From: Podarcis bocagei | Lineage: Eukaryota | Length of the DNA stretch: 64,000 nt | Assembly (NCBI GenBank): GCA_964188305.1 | Contig: OZ076889.1 | Reading direction: 5' to 3' (one strand) | In this document: positions 50,011-62,080 of the stretch, piece after piece | Numbering within the stretch: position 1 is the first letter of the stretch | How the letters are laid out: each line of letters begins with the position of its first letter | Notes under the pieces: model-generated | Seen by the model: only the letters and a program-made list of their open reading frames with translations | The model's database searches: none | What the model was told of the DNA's origin: nothing | Position numbers and translations under genes: made by a program

Positions 50011-52860
50011 GGTTCAAGTAAGTACAGTACCGTAATGAATTCTGAAAACTAATTTCAAAAAGCTTTCTCCTTTTTAGAGTAGTTTCTCCGACCATCTAAC
50101 TCATGAAAAAGATACATTTTGTTCTATCCAATGTTAATAAGATAAAGCAAAGAGCTGGAGACATTTTTTTAATTTTCCCCTTTTCAGAAGAGCCATACTG
50201 AAGTCTATTTCATAAGCTCCATGAGAGGTCTAGATGCCTATCAAAACTATTTCTGTATGGCAGATAAACTACACAGCTCCTGTGCATAGGTGGAAGACCA
50301 ACTGCCTTGCCACATGGCAGAAGTTTTTGCAGGTGCCCTGAGTGTAGCATCTGAACAGGAAGTTGGCTTCAAAACATCTCAACCTGTGACTCTTCAGATG
50401 TTGTTGCACTCCCAACACCACCAGCCAGCATAGCCAACAGCCAGAGATTATGGGAACTGGAATCTAACAACATATGGTGGGCCAGAGGACCTTGGCCTAC
50501 AATGACTTGCAGTGGCTCCCCAAGATTTCAAATAAGAGCCTTTCCCAGCTCTACCTAGAGATGCCAGGGATTATAACTGGGCATGCCTCCAGACCATCAC
50601 TATTTTGCAGAAGGGATTCAAGCACATACTGAAAATTTAGGCTTGTGCAATTAAAGTGGATTAATACACTGTGTCACCCAAATGTGACAAATCCACATAA
50701 AAAACACTTTTTGCAGTTGGAAACGCACTGAAAAATCTTGGATGAATGAATGAGAAACAGGAAGATATATAAACACCTATAAGCAGTTCAGGATGAATAC
50801 TCACAATCGTATAACCAACCCAGAAGCAAAGCAGAACTAATGTTCAAAAGAGAACAAACATAGCCTAAGCTCCATGTTAGCTTTGTGCCATCAAATCAGA
50901 ATGAATGCTCAATAAATAGGTTTTCTAGAGGAGCCCTGGGACCTGCTGCATGCAAAATATGTGCTCTACCAATAAGTTATGGCCCCATCCCCTGGGCTGT
51001 ATCTGCTGCTCTGTCGGAACAGGTAATCTTATTATATTATACATCACAATATACAACAAACAAGTTCTAGAGGCATACTTCAAAAGACATTATTTTTCCT
51101 GCAGTTCAGATTCATTACTTTGAATCCCATCTATTTAAAACAGGCATTGAAGAAAACAGATTAAAATATTATGGAAAACAAATGCTAATAAAGCAGGCAC
51201 ATGACATTACAGCAAACCTCATCTGGAACCTCATCAGTATACAATCAAAGTCCTATACCAGCTTCCATATAAAATGTCAACAGGAATCTTAGGCACCCCA
51301 TTCTAAGACAAAACCTTATTCTAAAACGCAAGATGTGCCACATGGAATTTATGCTAGGAACTTGGCAAGGGGTGAAGAAAAACATCTGGAAAACACCCCA
51401 CCCCAAGCTAAAGGAGAGCTATTTTATATCATTTTGTCTATTATTCAAGAAGAACAAACTGGTGAGGCATTGGTTATTTTGAGCAATAAAGCCCCGTACA
51501 TTTGAGAAAAGCAACTCAAGTCTCCCTTTCTCTCCCCAGGGCCAGTGTGTGTGAAGTTTGCCAACCCTATGGAGAGACAAACATGATATACTCTGACATC
51601 TGGGACTCCCCCTTCAGTCCTCCAGAGCTGCTTTGAAAAAGAAAAACAACACCACAAGTCTCTGGCTGACATGTCGCCTTGCTGACTAAAAATACATTTA
51701 TTATGCTGCATGTAGGCATTTGGTTGTTTGAAATATATAAACCTGCAGTGCTGCTGGTCACATGGGAGGAAAAAGCATTATGATATGGAATGAAGTTAAC
51801 AATCTGCAGTGCAAAGCTTTTCATCACTGAAAACTTTAAGCAAAGAAGTCAAACCACACCAAAGAGCTCCTTACCAAAACAATAATGCAAATTAAATAAG
51901 TTTAGCAAATGTGGTACTCTTTTATCATTTCAGATCTCCTTTAAGAGAGCATAAAATAAGTATACGTAAGTCCTGCTATTCAGCCACTTGCTATCTGACA
52001 ATTCACTTAGAATTCACTTAGAATTATGCCCAAATCTTGCTATACACTCTGCAGATTCACTTGTTTGAACAGTCGGCTTCCTTACATGTCTACCCAGCAG
52101 GAAATCCCATTACATTCAATGGAATTTACTTTCAAGTAAAGTGGTATAGGATTGCTGCCCCAAAGGTAAAAAACAATGGTCCTAATCCAGAAACATGTGG
52201 CAGCTTGAGTCCTTCTTTTCAGCATGGCCATTCTTCCATACCAGCTCCAATTTGGGGAAACATCTGATGTACCTCTGAAGCAAAGCAAGGAACAGCTCAT
52301 AGGAGAGAGGGGTGCCAAAATTCTGGTAGACCTACATAAACCTTTGCATCTGCCTAAAGGGGTTCGCTAGATCACAGAATGTATTACAATATGATGAGAA
52401 ATGTGTAATAGCATAAACCAGGGGTTCTCAAACTGTGGAACCAGTGTTCTGCAAGCTTCATTCAGATGGCCCATGATGTATCTGTAAAAATACGATTAAA
52501 ATGCATACTGCATCTAGCACAGTGTGCTACAACAGGCAAAAAAAATATTACCGCAAGTGGTTCACCAAGACCCTCTGAGATTTTCACGTGGTCCATGAGA
52601 AAATTAGTTCGGGAACCACTGGCATAGACCTCTTAGTTAATAAAGCAATTAATAAAGATTTACAAGTTCCCTTCCAAGATCACTGTACTGAAAATGCTCT
52701 GTGATACAAATATGTGAAGATCACATAAAAGGGATATTGATGATTTCAACAAAAGGACCACAGTAGTGACAGATTCTCCACATTAAACATATGGGGAAAT
52801 GAAAAATTTGCTCCCAGAGCGTTTCTTTATTTTTGCACAATTTCTGTCTTCTGGTACCTA

Positions 52861-53656
52861 CTGTATTTTTCGCCCCATAGGGCGCACCGGCCCATAGGAC
52901 GCACCTAGTTAGGGGGGGAATAAAGAAAAAAAATTATTTCCCCCCCCCCAGGCGCGGGGCTGGGGCGGGGGAAGCCCCAGCTTCCCCCGACCCCAGCCGC
53001 CAGAACAGGCAGCTCTCTGCAAGCCTTGGGAGACCGGCGCGACTTCCTGCCGGGCTCCCACGCCTTGCAGATATCTGCCTGAAGCCCAAACCAGGTCGGG
53101 GAACAGCGGGAAGGCGCAGCGCCGCCATCCCACTGTCCTCCCGCCAGCCTCCAAACCAGGTCGGGGGACAGCGGGAAGGTGCGCTGTGCCTCCCTGCTGT
53201 CCCCCGAGCTTGTGGGGCTGGCGGCAGGGAGAAGCGCGCTTCTCTCTGCCGCCAGCCACCAAACCAGGTCGGGGGACAGTGGAATGGCAGCGTTCCGCCT
53301 CCCCGCTGTCCCCTGAGCTTGGTGGGCTGGCGGCGGGGAGAAGCGCGCTTCTCCCCACCGCCAGCCTCCAAACCAGGTCGGGGAACGGAAGCCCGGGGCG
53401 CGCTGTGCAGCGCGCCCCAGGCTTCGAGATGCAGGCTGATATCCGCAAGCCTAGGGAGCCCGACGGGAACTCCCTCGGGCTCCCAAGGCTTGCGGAGAGC
53501 TTCCTGAAGCCTGGAGAGCGAGAGGGGTCGGTGCGCACTGACCCCTCTCGCTCTTCAGGCTTCAGCGAAAGCCTGCATTCGCCCCATAGGACGCACACAC
53601 ATTTCCCCTTCATTTTTGGAGGGGAAAATGTGCATCCTATAGGGCGAAAAATACGG
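52861..53656. mobile_element. GC-rich non-autonomous Tc1/mariner (pogo/Tc2-like) element
   Basis: TIRs CTGTATTTTTCGCCCCATAG / CTATAGGGCGAAAAATACGG with TA TSD. Internal repeats of about 108 bp containing CCAAACCAGGTCGGGG. Confidence 0.85.
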
Positions 53657-54088
53657 TATATCCTTTCAGAGACACACTATTCAGTTAATTTAATGAAATA
53701 TGCTAATTGGATAATACCTATCTTCTTATATTTATTGCACATACAGATCTAAGGGAAACAGCATTTATTTTAATATATGCTATAGGAGCTTTTATTTTTC
53801 TGCAAGAAGCAACCTTGAAGCTCTGACCATATATGGCAAGAACAAGAGCTGCAGAAGTAGAGTTTTGGGCAAGACTTAGAAAAATCCCATGTCAGATAGC
53901 TAAGAGGTATTTTTTTACAGTTGCTTAATCATGTTATTTAATATTGATATGTTCCTTTGCTGCTCAGCAATATCTGGTTTATGAAACAAATGGACTAAAT
54001 GGAACTGATCCAGAATTCCACATGTATGCCAATATGCACAGAGCTCTTAAATATGCAGGATACCCCAATAATTTCAATAGAAGTAGAT

Positions 54089-54436
54089 CAGTGCTAGATT
54101 TACGTATAAGCTAAACAAACTATAGCTTAGGGCCCAACTCTCTTGGGCCATCCAAAAAAATGTAAAGAAAAAACAAAACCCATGGGTGTACATTTTCAAA
54201 CTATAAGATAAACTTCTTCTTAATTGTATTTCAGTTCAACAATTACTTTGATAAAATTCATATTTTGTTATGTGCAAATGGCTTTAGATACGTATTAGGT
54301 CCATAAATTACCATATAGTATATATTCAACACAAAAAAACAGCGACAATTTGTTGTTGACAAAGAACAGCTGGACATATAAAGGGCCCCATTACCTTCAG
54401 TAGCTTAGGGCCTCATCAAACCTAAATCCAGCCCTG
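54089..54436. mobile_element. Non-autonomous hAT element
   Basis: TIRs CAGTGCTAGATTTA / TAAATCCAGCCCTG. Perfect 8-bp TSD AAGTAGAT. Confidence 0.88.
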
Positions 54437-54527
54437 AAGTAGATGTACATATCAGACCTTGTATGTGCACAAAGAGATACAACTCTAGTTCAAAATTAAA
54501 CAGTTCACTCATTCTTGGAAAAGGTAT

Positions 54528-54533
54528 TTTATT
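54528..54533 (-). terminator. Candidate OARD1 polyA signal
   Basis: TTTATT (AATAAA on the minus strand) about 410 nt past the stop codon. Confidence 0.5.
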
Positions 54534-54945
54534 TACACAGAATAGGAAAATCTAATTACAGAACAGTACTTTAAACAGAGCATATAAGACCTGCAACAGT
54601 TAACCACTGAGGTCCCATAGTTTTCACATTATTCTGAAACACAGGATTGTATAGTAGAAAGTGCTACACTAACCAAAACAGATCTATGCAAAGCCTTTAT
54701 GTCTGTTTGTTTTTAATTTGTAAGTTTGTCTGCTGAGTAAAGCACACTCATCTGCTGGCTAGATAAACATCCCTGAAAGATCCAATTGTAAATTTCTACA
54801 AAACACTGTCCATACTTGGACACTAATAATGGTGAGAAATGTCTGGAAGAGTAAAGAAAACTGAAACAAGATCATACCATCATCTTCTTCCAAATCAGTC
54901 ACAAACACAGATTACAACAGTATAACAGAGCAACTGCCCTAATAA

Positions 54946-55048
54946 TTACAGGGAATAAACTGTAATGCTAACATCTGTATCCTCAAATACTTCTTCAAGC
55001 ACTGTTGAAACTTTATTCCAATCCAGGCGGTCAAGTCCACACCCAATC
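54946..55048 (-). CDS. OARD1: OARD1 last coding exon ([33 protein letters not shown])
   Basis: Macrodomain GCGLD motif. Acceptor tcttccag, TAA stop. Confidence 0.96.
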
Positions 55049-55998
55049 CTGGAAGATAAAGAATGCCCAAGTATTCCCACACATTCATTCTTGCCAATTC
55101 ACCCTTGAGAAATATCCTAAAAATTGCTATTCTGTAGAATCATCATAACGTTTAATCAAAATACTCATAATTGCTCCCAAGCAAAGCCAGTTAGAATTAT
55201 TACTAGTCTCACATACAAATAGCATCACAAAATGAATACACCAGATCTGTCAGTCATGAATTGGTGCCCAGTTCTGAGGTCATGGAGAAATCATGGTCAG
55301 GACATCATGAATGGGCTATGCTATGTGCAGCTGCATTTCCTCCTCTTTCTGCATGCTTTGACTTCCTCTTGCTTCCTGCTTTACAGTAACGATAGTATGC
55401 CATAACATCCATATAAGGCAAACTATGATTACTGCAAACCATATTATGTCTCCAAATCTGAACTGGAAGTACTTACACCCAGTTTAGAGGTCACCATAAA
55501 CTAAAAAGAGAGGGAGGGAACAGGCATGCAAAGAGAACACAAAGTCCGCTGAACAATAACCAAATCAAGATTTGAATGAAACATCAGAACAAGATGTACA
55601 TCCATTTACACATGCAACAAAAAATAAAATCAATAACTAGTTGCCCTCAAAACTGCAGCAGAGTATGTACTCAAATGCAAGAAAGTTAGCAAGCTAAAAC
55701 AGACATATTATTGGATCATCTAAATATTACTAATGTCTAGATTTCTCAGCATATCATCTATATAATACTCCAGGCTTTGGTTCTGACAATTGCTATTGTT
55801 TTCCACAATATTTTTATCAACTCAGAGGTGGTCAGAGCAGTTTTCTCAAAAAGCATAAATCTGCTCCAAAACACAGTGTTATCCGTTGGCCTCAAATATA
55901 TTCATTTTCTCCTCCATAATTTCTAGATTGTAAACTTAAACGAAGTAGAAAAAGTCATTTCTTTCACACCTATGTCATCTGTAAATATATATAGAATA

Positions 55999-56221
55999 CA
56001 GTGATACCTCTGGTTACGTACTTAATTTGTTCTGGAGGTCCGTTCTTAACCTGAAACTGTTCTTAACCTGAGGTACCACTTTAGCTAATGGGGCCTCCCT
56101 CTGCCACCGCACCGCCATGCAATTTCTGTTCTCATCCTGAAGCAAAGTTCTTAACCTGAGGTACTATTTCTGGGTTAATGGAGTCTGTAACCTGAAGTGT
56201 CTGTAACCTGAGGTACCACTG
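55999..56221. mobile_element. Tc1/mariner MITE, family A
   Basis: Homologous to the copies at 5850 and 28102, with TA TSD. Confidence 0.9.
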
Positions 56222-56341
56222 TACATTTTAAAGCATTTGAAATTTTCCAAAGAATAATAAAATTTTACTATATAAGATATATGTATCATATGAATATTCC
56301 AAAATATGTGGCAGTAATTTTCCAGTATCAAATTTGCTTAC

Positions 56342-56454
56342 TTGGGCATAGAAATGCAAGTTACGCCATTATCCACGCAGTGGAGTTTCATAGCTTCCAG
56401 ACTCTTCTGTAAATTGCCATAGGTAGGTTTATGAAAGTATTTGTTCTTTGTAAT
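56342..56454 (-). CDS. OARD1: OARD1 exon ([37 protein letters not shown])
   Basis: 113 nt, tttcag / AA|gtaagc. Contains the ITK lysine and the KPTY motif. Confidence 0.96.
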
Positions 56455-57751
56455 CTGAAAGCAAGTGCAAGGTTAAGTGCAGATTAGCCATACTTTTGAT
56501 TAGGCATCTTTACATCCCATGTGACACGTGCCTTCTCAGAATAAGTTGCACTGAATTCAATAGGACCCACTGTCTAGTAAGCTTATTTAGGATTGCAGTC
56601 TTAGGCTGAAATCTTGTACAAAATTACCTGAGACTAGTGATCTCAGTGGGATATAATTCTGAGTAGACACTTAAAGGATTGTGTTGCCTCATTCATTTAT
56701 TAGGTACTTTTAACCAAAACTGTTGATACTAACCAATACTGTTGATACTAACCATAGATCACATGAATCTAGATCATTAATTTGGCTGCTTGGACTAGCA
56801 AACTGAGACATGTTAAAATTTGCTAAAATCTGGGCCTTTGGGTTGCAGTCTCAAAATTAAGTACTTGCAATTTGCATCAGTGTCAGTGGGACGTGTAAAT
56901 GGCATTATAGCTGCCACACACACATTAAAACCTGGTCCGTGCGATGTTAAAAACACTGAGATTCTGCAGGTAAATATTCAGATTTATGTTTGTTTTATTT
57001 ATTTTTAAAGGCTCCTGCAAAGTTATATTTTGAAAAGACTTTTTTTTGTTACAAAATTTTAGCCACTGCTGCTGATACCTATTTGTAAATAGCTGTTTTG
57101 AAAGAATGTGACAGAATAATCCAGCCATACTTCGTATTACAAATGCAATTTACAAACAAGGAAGCAAATATTTCAACTCCTGAGTGTTTTTGGAGAATAT
57201 GATTCAACTGAATAAACAAACAAATTTCACACCGCCAGGAACCTCTTAATGAAGCATAGTATAACAGCAAAAAGAGAAGACAGCTAATTGTCTATGTAAT
57301 ATATAAAGAGATATTTTTAAAGGGAAGAAATATATCATGCTAAATTGCATTTAACACAGTTGCCAACTTAGCTCCAGACAGATATAACACAAATGTGAAT
57401 ACATCCACTTCTTGAATCACTGTGTGTTTTCAAATAAGATTTCAAGCAAAGGTATTGTTTGTGATCATCTGAATACTGGATGGTACAGACTACTCCGAAA
57501 TTTACTAAATAACACACCACTCAAACAGCAACTTCAATTTCTGCAACAGTTTGCACTTGAACTCTTAATGAAAGGCCTATGTAAGTGAAAGCTGTTGATG
57601 AAGTTGCATTGCAGCAAGATTAGGTCATTAAGATAAGGGTGTTTTTATCTTTCACTGACAAATGAAGAAGCAGAAATACTAATACAGACAGATATCTCCC
57701 TGCTAAAATCAGTTCATGTACCCAAACCTTTATCATGTGCCCTGCTCTTAC

Positions 57752-57810
57752 CAGATAGTACACATATCGATTGTCTCTCTGCAGAACAGCCACATCTCCA
57801 GTCTTCTTTT
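57752..57810 (-). CDS. OARD1: OARD1 exon (KKKTGDVAVLQRDNRYVYYL)
   Basis: 59 nt, ttttag / CTG|gtaaga, in phase with neighbouring exons. Confidence 0.95.
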
Positions 57811-58155
57811 CTAAAACAAATTAGAACATCTTTAACAGAGCCAAAACTAGGTTTTTTGTCACCTGGGTCAAAGACCCAGTTTGACACCCTACTCCCCAAT
57901 GTGTGCTTGCGTACATATACATACAAACAAAAACACATCTCAACACATTTATTCATAAAGGGCATAAAAAGTAGGCAATATATCATTTGATTTGGCTTCC
58001 CACAGCCAATTAGAAGCTGCACTTTGGTTTCCGAACATTTTGGAGGTTGAAAGGACTTCCAGAATGGATTCCATTCGACTTCCAAGGTACAACTGTATTA
58101 AGAACCTAGGTTCTTTTTTTTATACATTAGGCATTATTTTTCCTTAACTACTTAC

Positions 58156-58300
58156 TCTGGTTCAAGAGCTCCTGAACACCACCAAACTTCTTCTTGAAAA
58201 TGGCAGCTATGCCAGCACTCATGTGACAATCCTCACTGATGCAGTGAGCAAGGGAATCTGTTCCAGGACACGTAAAAAGATCCCCTTTTATGTACATGAT
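58156..58300 (-). CDS. OARD1: OARD1 exon ([48 protein letters not shown])
   Basis: 145 nt. GDLF and AHCISED macrodomain motifs. Donor A|gtaagt. Confidence 0.97.
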
Positions 58301-58310
58301 CTGAGGATCA

Positions 58311-58311
58311 A

Positions 58312-58362
<51 letters not shown>
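58311..58362. repeat. (AAAG)n microsatellite, about 12 units
   Basis: Seen directly. It forms the (CTTT)n pyrimidine tract of the OARD1 acceptor at 58301. Confidence 0.97.
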
Positions 58363-58363
<1 letters not shown>

Positions 58364-60625
58364 AGCATTCGAGTCAGAACACCAGGCAAAATTCAGTATC
58401 ACAAAGAGTGCCACCATCTAAGTCACTGACACCTTCCTTTGATCCTGTGCATTTTTACTCCAAGTAAATCCCAACACAATAATTAAGGCTTGTTCTTATC
58501 AGTGCAAAATATTACAGTCTCAGAACTATGCACACTCACCTAGGAGTAAATCCCCCTTAAGGCAGTGGAACTTACTTCCAAGTAAACATGCACTGCGTTG
58601 TGCTGCCAGTATCCACATCAATGCATTCCTGTCCCATTTATAGTTAGGTATGTGCTAAAACTAAAGAATTCTGAAATCTGTTTGCAGCACAATCTTTTCC
58701 ATATCTTGGAACTTTATGGTAAAGTGTTGATAAGAAATCTAATAACATCTACTATATTTACTCCGAAGTAACTCTCAATGAGTTCAGTATTATTTACTTA
58801 TACTCACCTGAAGGCTTCATTGAAACAAATGGGAGTTGCTTACAAGAAACCTTGGTTAGAACTAGAATAACTGCTTAGGACTTTATCTTCATAATTAAGT
58901 TCTATTACTGTTGAGTTCTAAGTTATTTGTGAGCCATATAAATGTTACACATAAATACCGTGGAGATAGCTAATCAATTTATCCATCTCTTTCTATAGAT
59001 TTAACTTACTTGGAGTATTCTCATATCATTTACCAGTTAATAGTACAGTACTTGGTATTTAAAGTTAGAACACATTCCAGTCATAAAATTGCAAACCTTC
59101 ATTTTAATGGGGAGGGCATTCCCTGATTCATCTGAAACCCAGAAGTCTTTATACAGCTACACAATAAATGCAGTAGCCACTAATTAAGTTTTAACTATGT
59201 GATTTCATTTAGAAGCAGTACTACCTAACATAAAATCAGTACAAGAACTTCAAGACTAGCAATAGCCAGCCTTCCTCTGGCTGCCCGATGTCAGCAATAT
59301 AGCCAATGTCAACAGTATGAAAGCTCTCCAAAACCACCACACAGTATTTCCTGCTGGGAGTCGCAGACAATTTCCAACTAATGACCTACTGCACACAGGG
59401 AGCTACAAGAATGACAAAGCTAAACTCACAACAAAAGAAGCATGAGCTTCTGTTCATACTAAGATGCATCTCTATCAGCCGGACCCTCATTATGTTTACA
59501 CAGAAGCCACTCTGTTCTCAATGGGATTTGCTTCAAACTGCAGCCTCAATCTGCAGAAAATAACATGAATTGGACAGCTTTCTTTTGAGTCCCTGACAAT
59601 CAGGGAGAATTAATTTCTTATAAGGGCCAAAATGGAAAACGCCCAAAGCACAGTTGGAAGCTAGGATCACACTGATTCAAAACTCAAATACCTATTCCAA
59701 GGAGTCTGAATCTTCTAAATTTACATTATAAAATGTGGATTATGAAAACCTGGCAGATATATTTGCAGCAAGGCCAAATGAAAAATTTCAGCCAAATGGC
59801 TGAAAACAAACATAGCTATCAGGCAGGTTTTTTGTTTTGCTTTGTTTTTTAAGAGGAGTGAGCTAGAGGGAAGCATAATGAGAATTAGTAGCATTTTTAA
59901 TCTAACTTGCAAAAATGCCAGCCATTTTATACTTGGTGTTTTATTCTATTAAAGACATTTGGTGTAGGATCAACAAGGATAGAACAGGTGAACATGACTG
60001 ACAGAGAACCATTTCCAAAATAGTAATCAATGGTCAGATTGTGAATAGTTGTGTGTGTCGATCTGAACTTATTCTATCATTTACTGTACTGTAACCTAAA
60101 GCTTACAAGAAAATGAATAGAATACTTTTGATCACCACCTATGAAAGACAACTGTAATGACTACGAGAGGATTTGTTCAACACATGGGGAAGTGCCTATT
60201 TATATTAGATTTAAGACTGCCAATTGAGTGAACAGTTTCCTGACGAGCCCATTAGGTGGCAGTCACTGTCAGGCAGGATCCAAAACGGTACGGCTCCAAA
60301 ATTGCACCAGTGAACCGGAGAACCTTTTCTCGGCGCTTTCGAGGCAAAGCTGTGTTAAGGGAAACAACCGAGTCCAGTACTGTATTCATTATCAGGTGTA
60401 GCGTACCAAGCAAATTGTAAGTCTTGAGAATACATTTGCTTAATATACCATCAAAACCAAATACCTAAACTTTCGCCTCCTTACATCACAACTATAGGAT
60501 TGCACATAATTACAATAAAGATACCCCGCTTTCCTGCTACGAGAACTAAAACAGCAGGCACCAACACCAGCAAAACAGAATTGCTGAATTATAACAAATG
60601 GAGGGAAAAAGACTCCACTACGCAC

Positions 60626-60646
60626 TCGCTCTCCTTTTGCAGCCAT
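60626..60646 (-). CDS. OARD1: OARD1 first coding exon segment (MAAKGER; exon spans 60626-60686)
   Basis: Acceptor tttatttccag and phase-0 donor CGA|gtgcgt join in frame to IMYIKGD. An in-frame upstream ATG lies at 60652. Confidence 0.75.
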
Positions 60647-60899
60647 AAGCATCGAGGGCTTTCCAGGATTTCTTCAGGTGTAAAGACTGGAAATAAATGG
60701 AAAATTCCTATGGGAAAAACGAACTGGAATGACAGGCAACAGCAGCCCCAAAACAATAAATACGAATCGAGGTACCGGAGACCCTGGGGGGGGGGTGTTA
60801 TCAAATAAGGGCTCTCCCCCCGGCTTTACTTTAGGGGGCTTTTTTAAACACAGATAGCCTCCCAAGAGTTTCGGTATAATTATTCTGCCTACAGCCTTC

Positions 60900-62080
60900 T
60901 GAGGTAAATGCGAAATAAAAGCGGGAAGTGTCCCCCTGACCCGTTCCCACTACCTGCCCTAACGGATGCTGAGCTATTAGACGTCTCCACAACGGAAGAC
61001 GCCTTCCCCTGTTTCAAAAGCGGTAGCTACTAACACCCTCCGGGGAAAAGCGGCGCTGTCCGCCACCGAGAACGTGCAAGGGCAAACGTGTAACGTCGCT
61101 CTCCAGCCTTGTTTTGGCCGGCGGAGGGGAGGCACTCCAGTTTCCTATAAACGCAAGATACAAAATGGCAGCTACCCACACGTATGCCTTTCTAGGCAGA
61201 AAACTCTATGGTGTCGCCTCAGAGCACAAATTACCATAGGAAACAGACACAGCAATTATCCTGCCCTGCACATGCGTAGAGAAGCTATCTAAAAGTAGAA
61301 GGCAACGAGGCGACTTAACGAGGGAGCGCACGACTGTTCCAACAGCGCGTGCGCGCAGAGTTTCAAACCAGCGCAAGCTTCGGCGGGAGGAGCTCTTCTT
61401 GCGGCGCCTGCGCGGAGGCCACCCTCGTCTTCTCTTTGTTGGGCGTCGGGGGTTGGGCGCCATTTTGCGCGGCGGCTGAGTGGAGGCGCTGATTGGGTTT
61501 CGGGGACCGGTGGCGGAGCCAATCAGAGCGGGACCCGAACCGGGGGAGCAAGGCACGGTGAGTGCGAGCAGCCAATATGGAGCCCCCGAGCGCCGGCCCA
61601 AGAGCCGGGATTGGCGGGGCCGAGTGGCCAGTCAGAAGGCCGCGCGCGGGCTAGGGCTGGGCGAGCGCTGGGGCAGCGAGTGGACGTGGCCCGTTGGGCG
61701 CCCGGATCGTGCGCTGAGGCGGGATGGGGTAGCCGGGAGGGTCACCCCAATGGGGAGAGGACGAGGAGGGATAGTCGGTGCCGTTCCGTCCTTGGCGCGG
61801 TGCTCCCGGAGCCGCCGGAGAAACCTCTGGGATGCCCTTTTGTGGCCCTCGCTGGGTTGGGGGTGAAGTTGCTGAGGAGGAAAGTGTGGGGAGCCCAGGG
61901 GAAGTCGCGTTATGGGGGGTGGCTTTCCTGGAAGGGGGAAAGCGGCCTCCGGTTCTCCCTCCAAGCTGACACGGCTGTGCCCAGTGCGGGACTCGTCACC
62001 CTGCGTGTGGCTGCCTACCACTGCCCAACGAGGTCAGTTTTGCTCGGACGCTGATCACGGGAACCAAAGGGCTCAGGGTC
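60900..62080. promoter_or_regulatory. Bidirectional CpG-island promoter OARD1 / NFYA
   Basis: High CpG density. YY1-type CGCCATTTTG at 61458-61467. Five CCAAT/ATTGG boxes at about 61492, 61519, 61572, 61610 and 61748. GC boxes present. Confidence 0.88.
61440..61557 (+). other. NFYA: NFYA non-coding exon 1 (5' end approximate); the rest of the window is intron 1
   Basis: GGAGCCAATCAG...GAACCGGGGGAGCAAGGCACG|gtgagt resembles the recalled mammalian NFYA exon 1. Head-to-head with OARD1. No NFYA coding sequence was found in the window. Confidence 0.7.

Noticed and set aside
52909-53752. 234-, 188- and 145-aa ORFs
   Set aside because: They lie within a TIR-bounded GC-rich repeat and show no transposase or other motif.
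61206-62054. ORFs of about 130-147 aa at the NFYA/OARD1 promoter
   Set aside because: CpG-island artefacts. None resembles NFYA.
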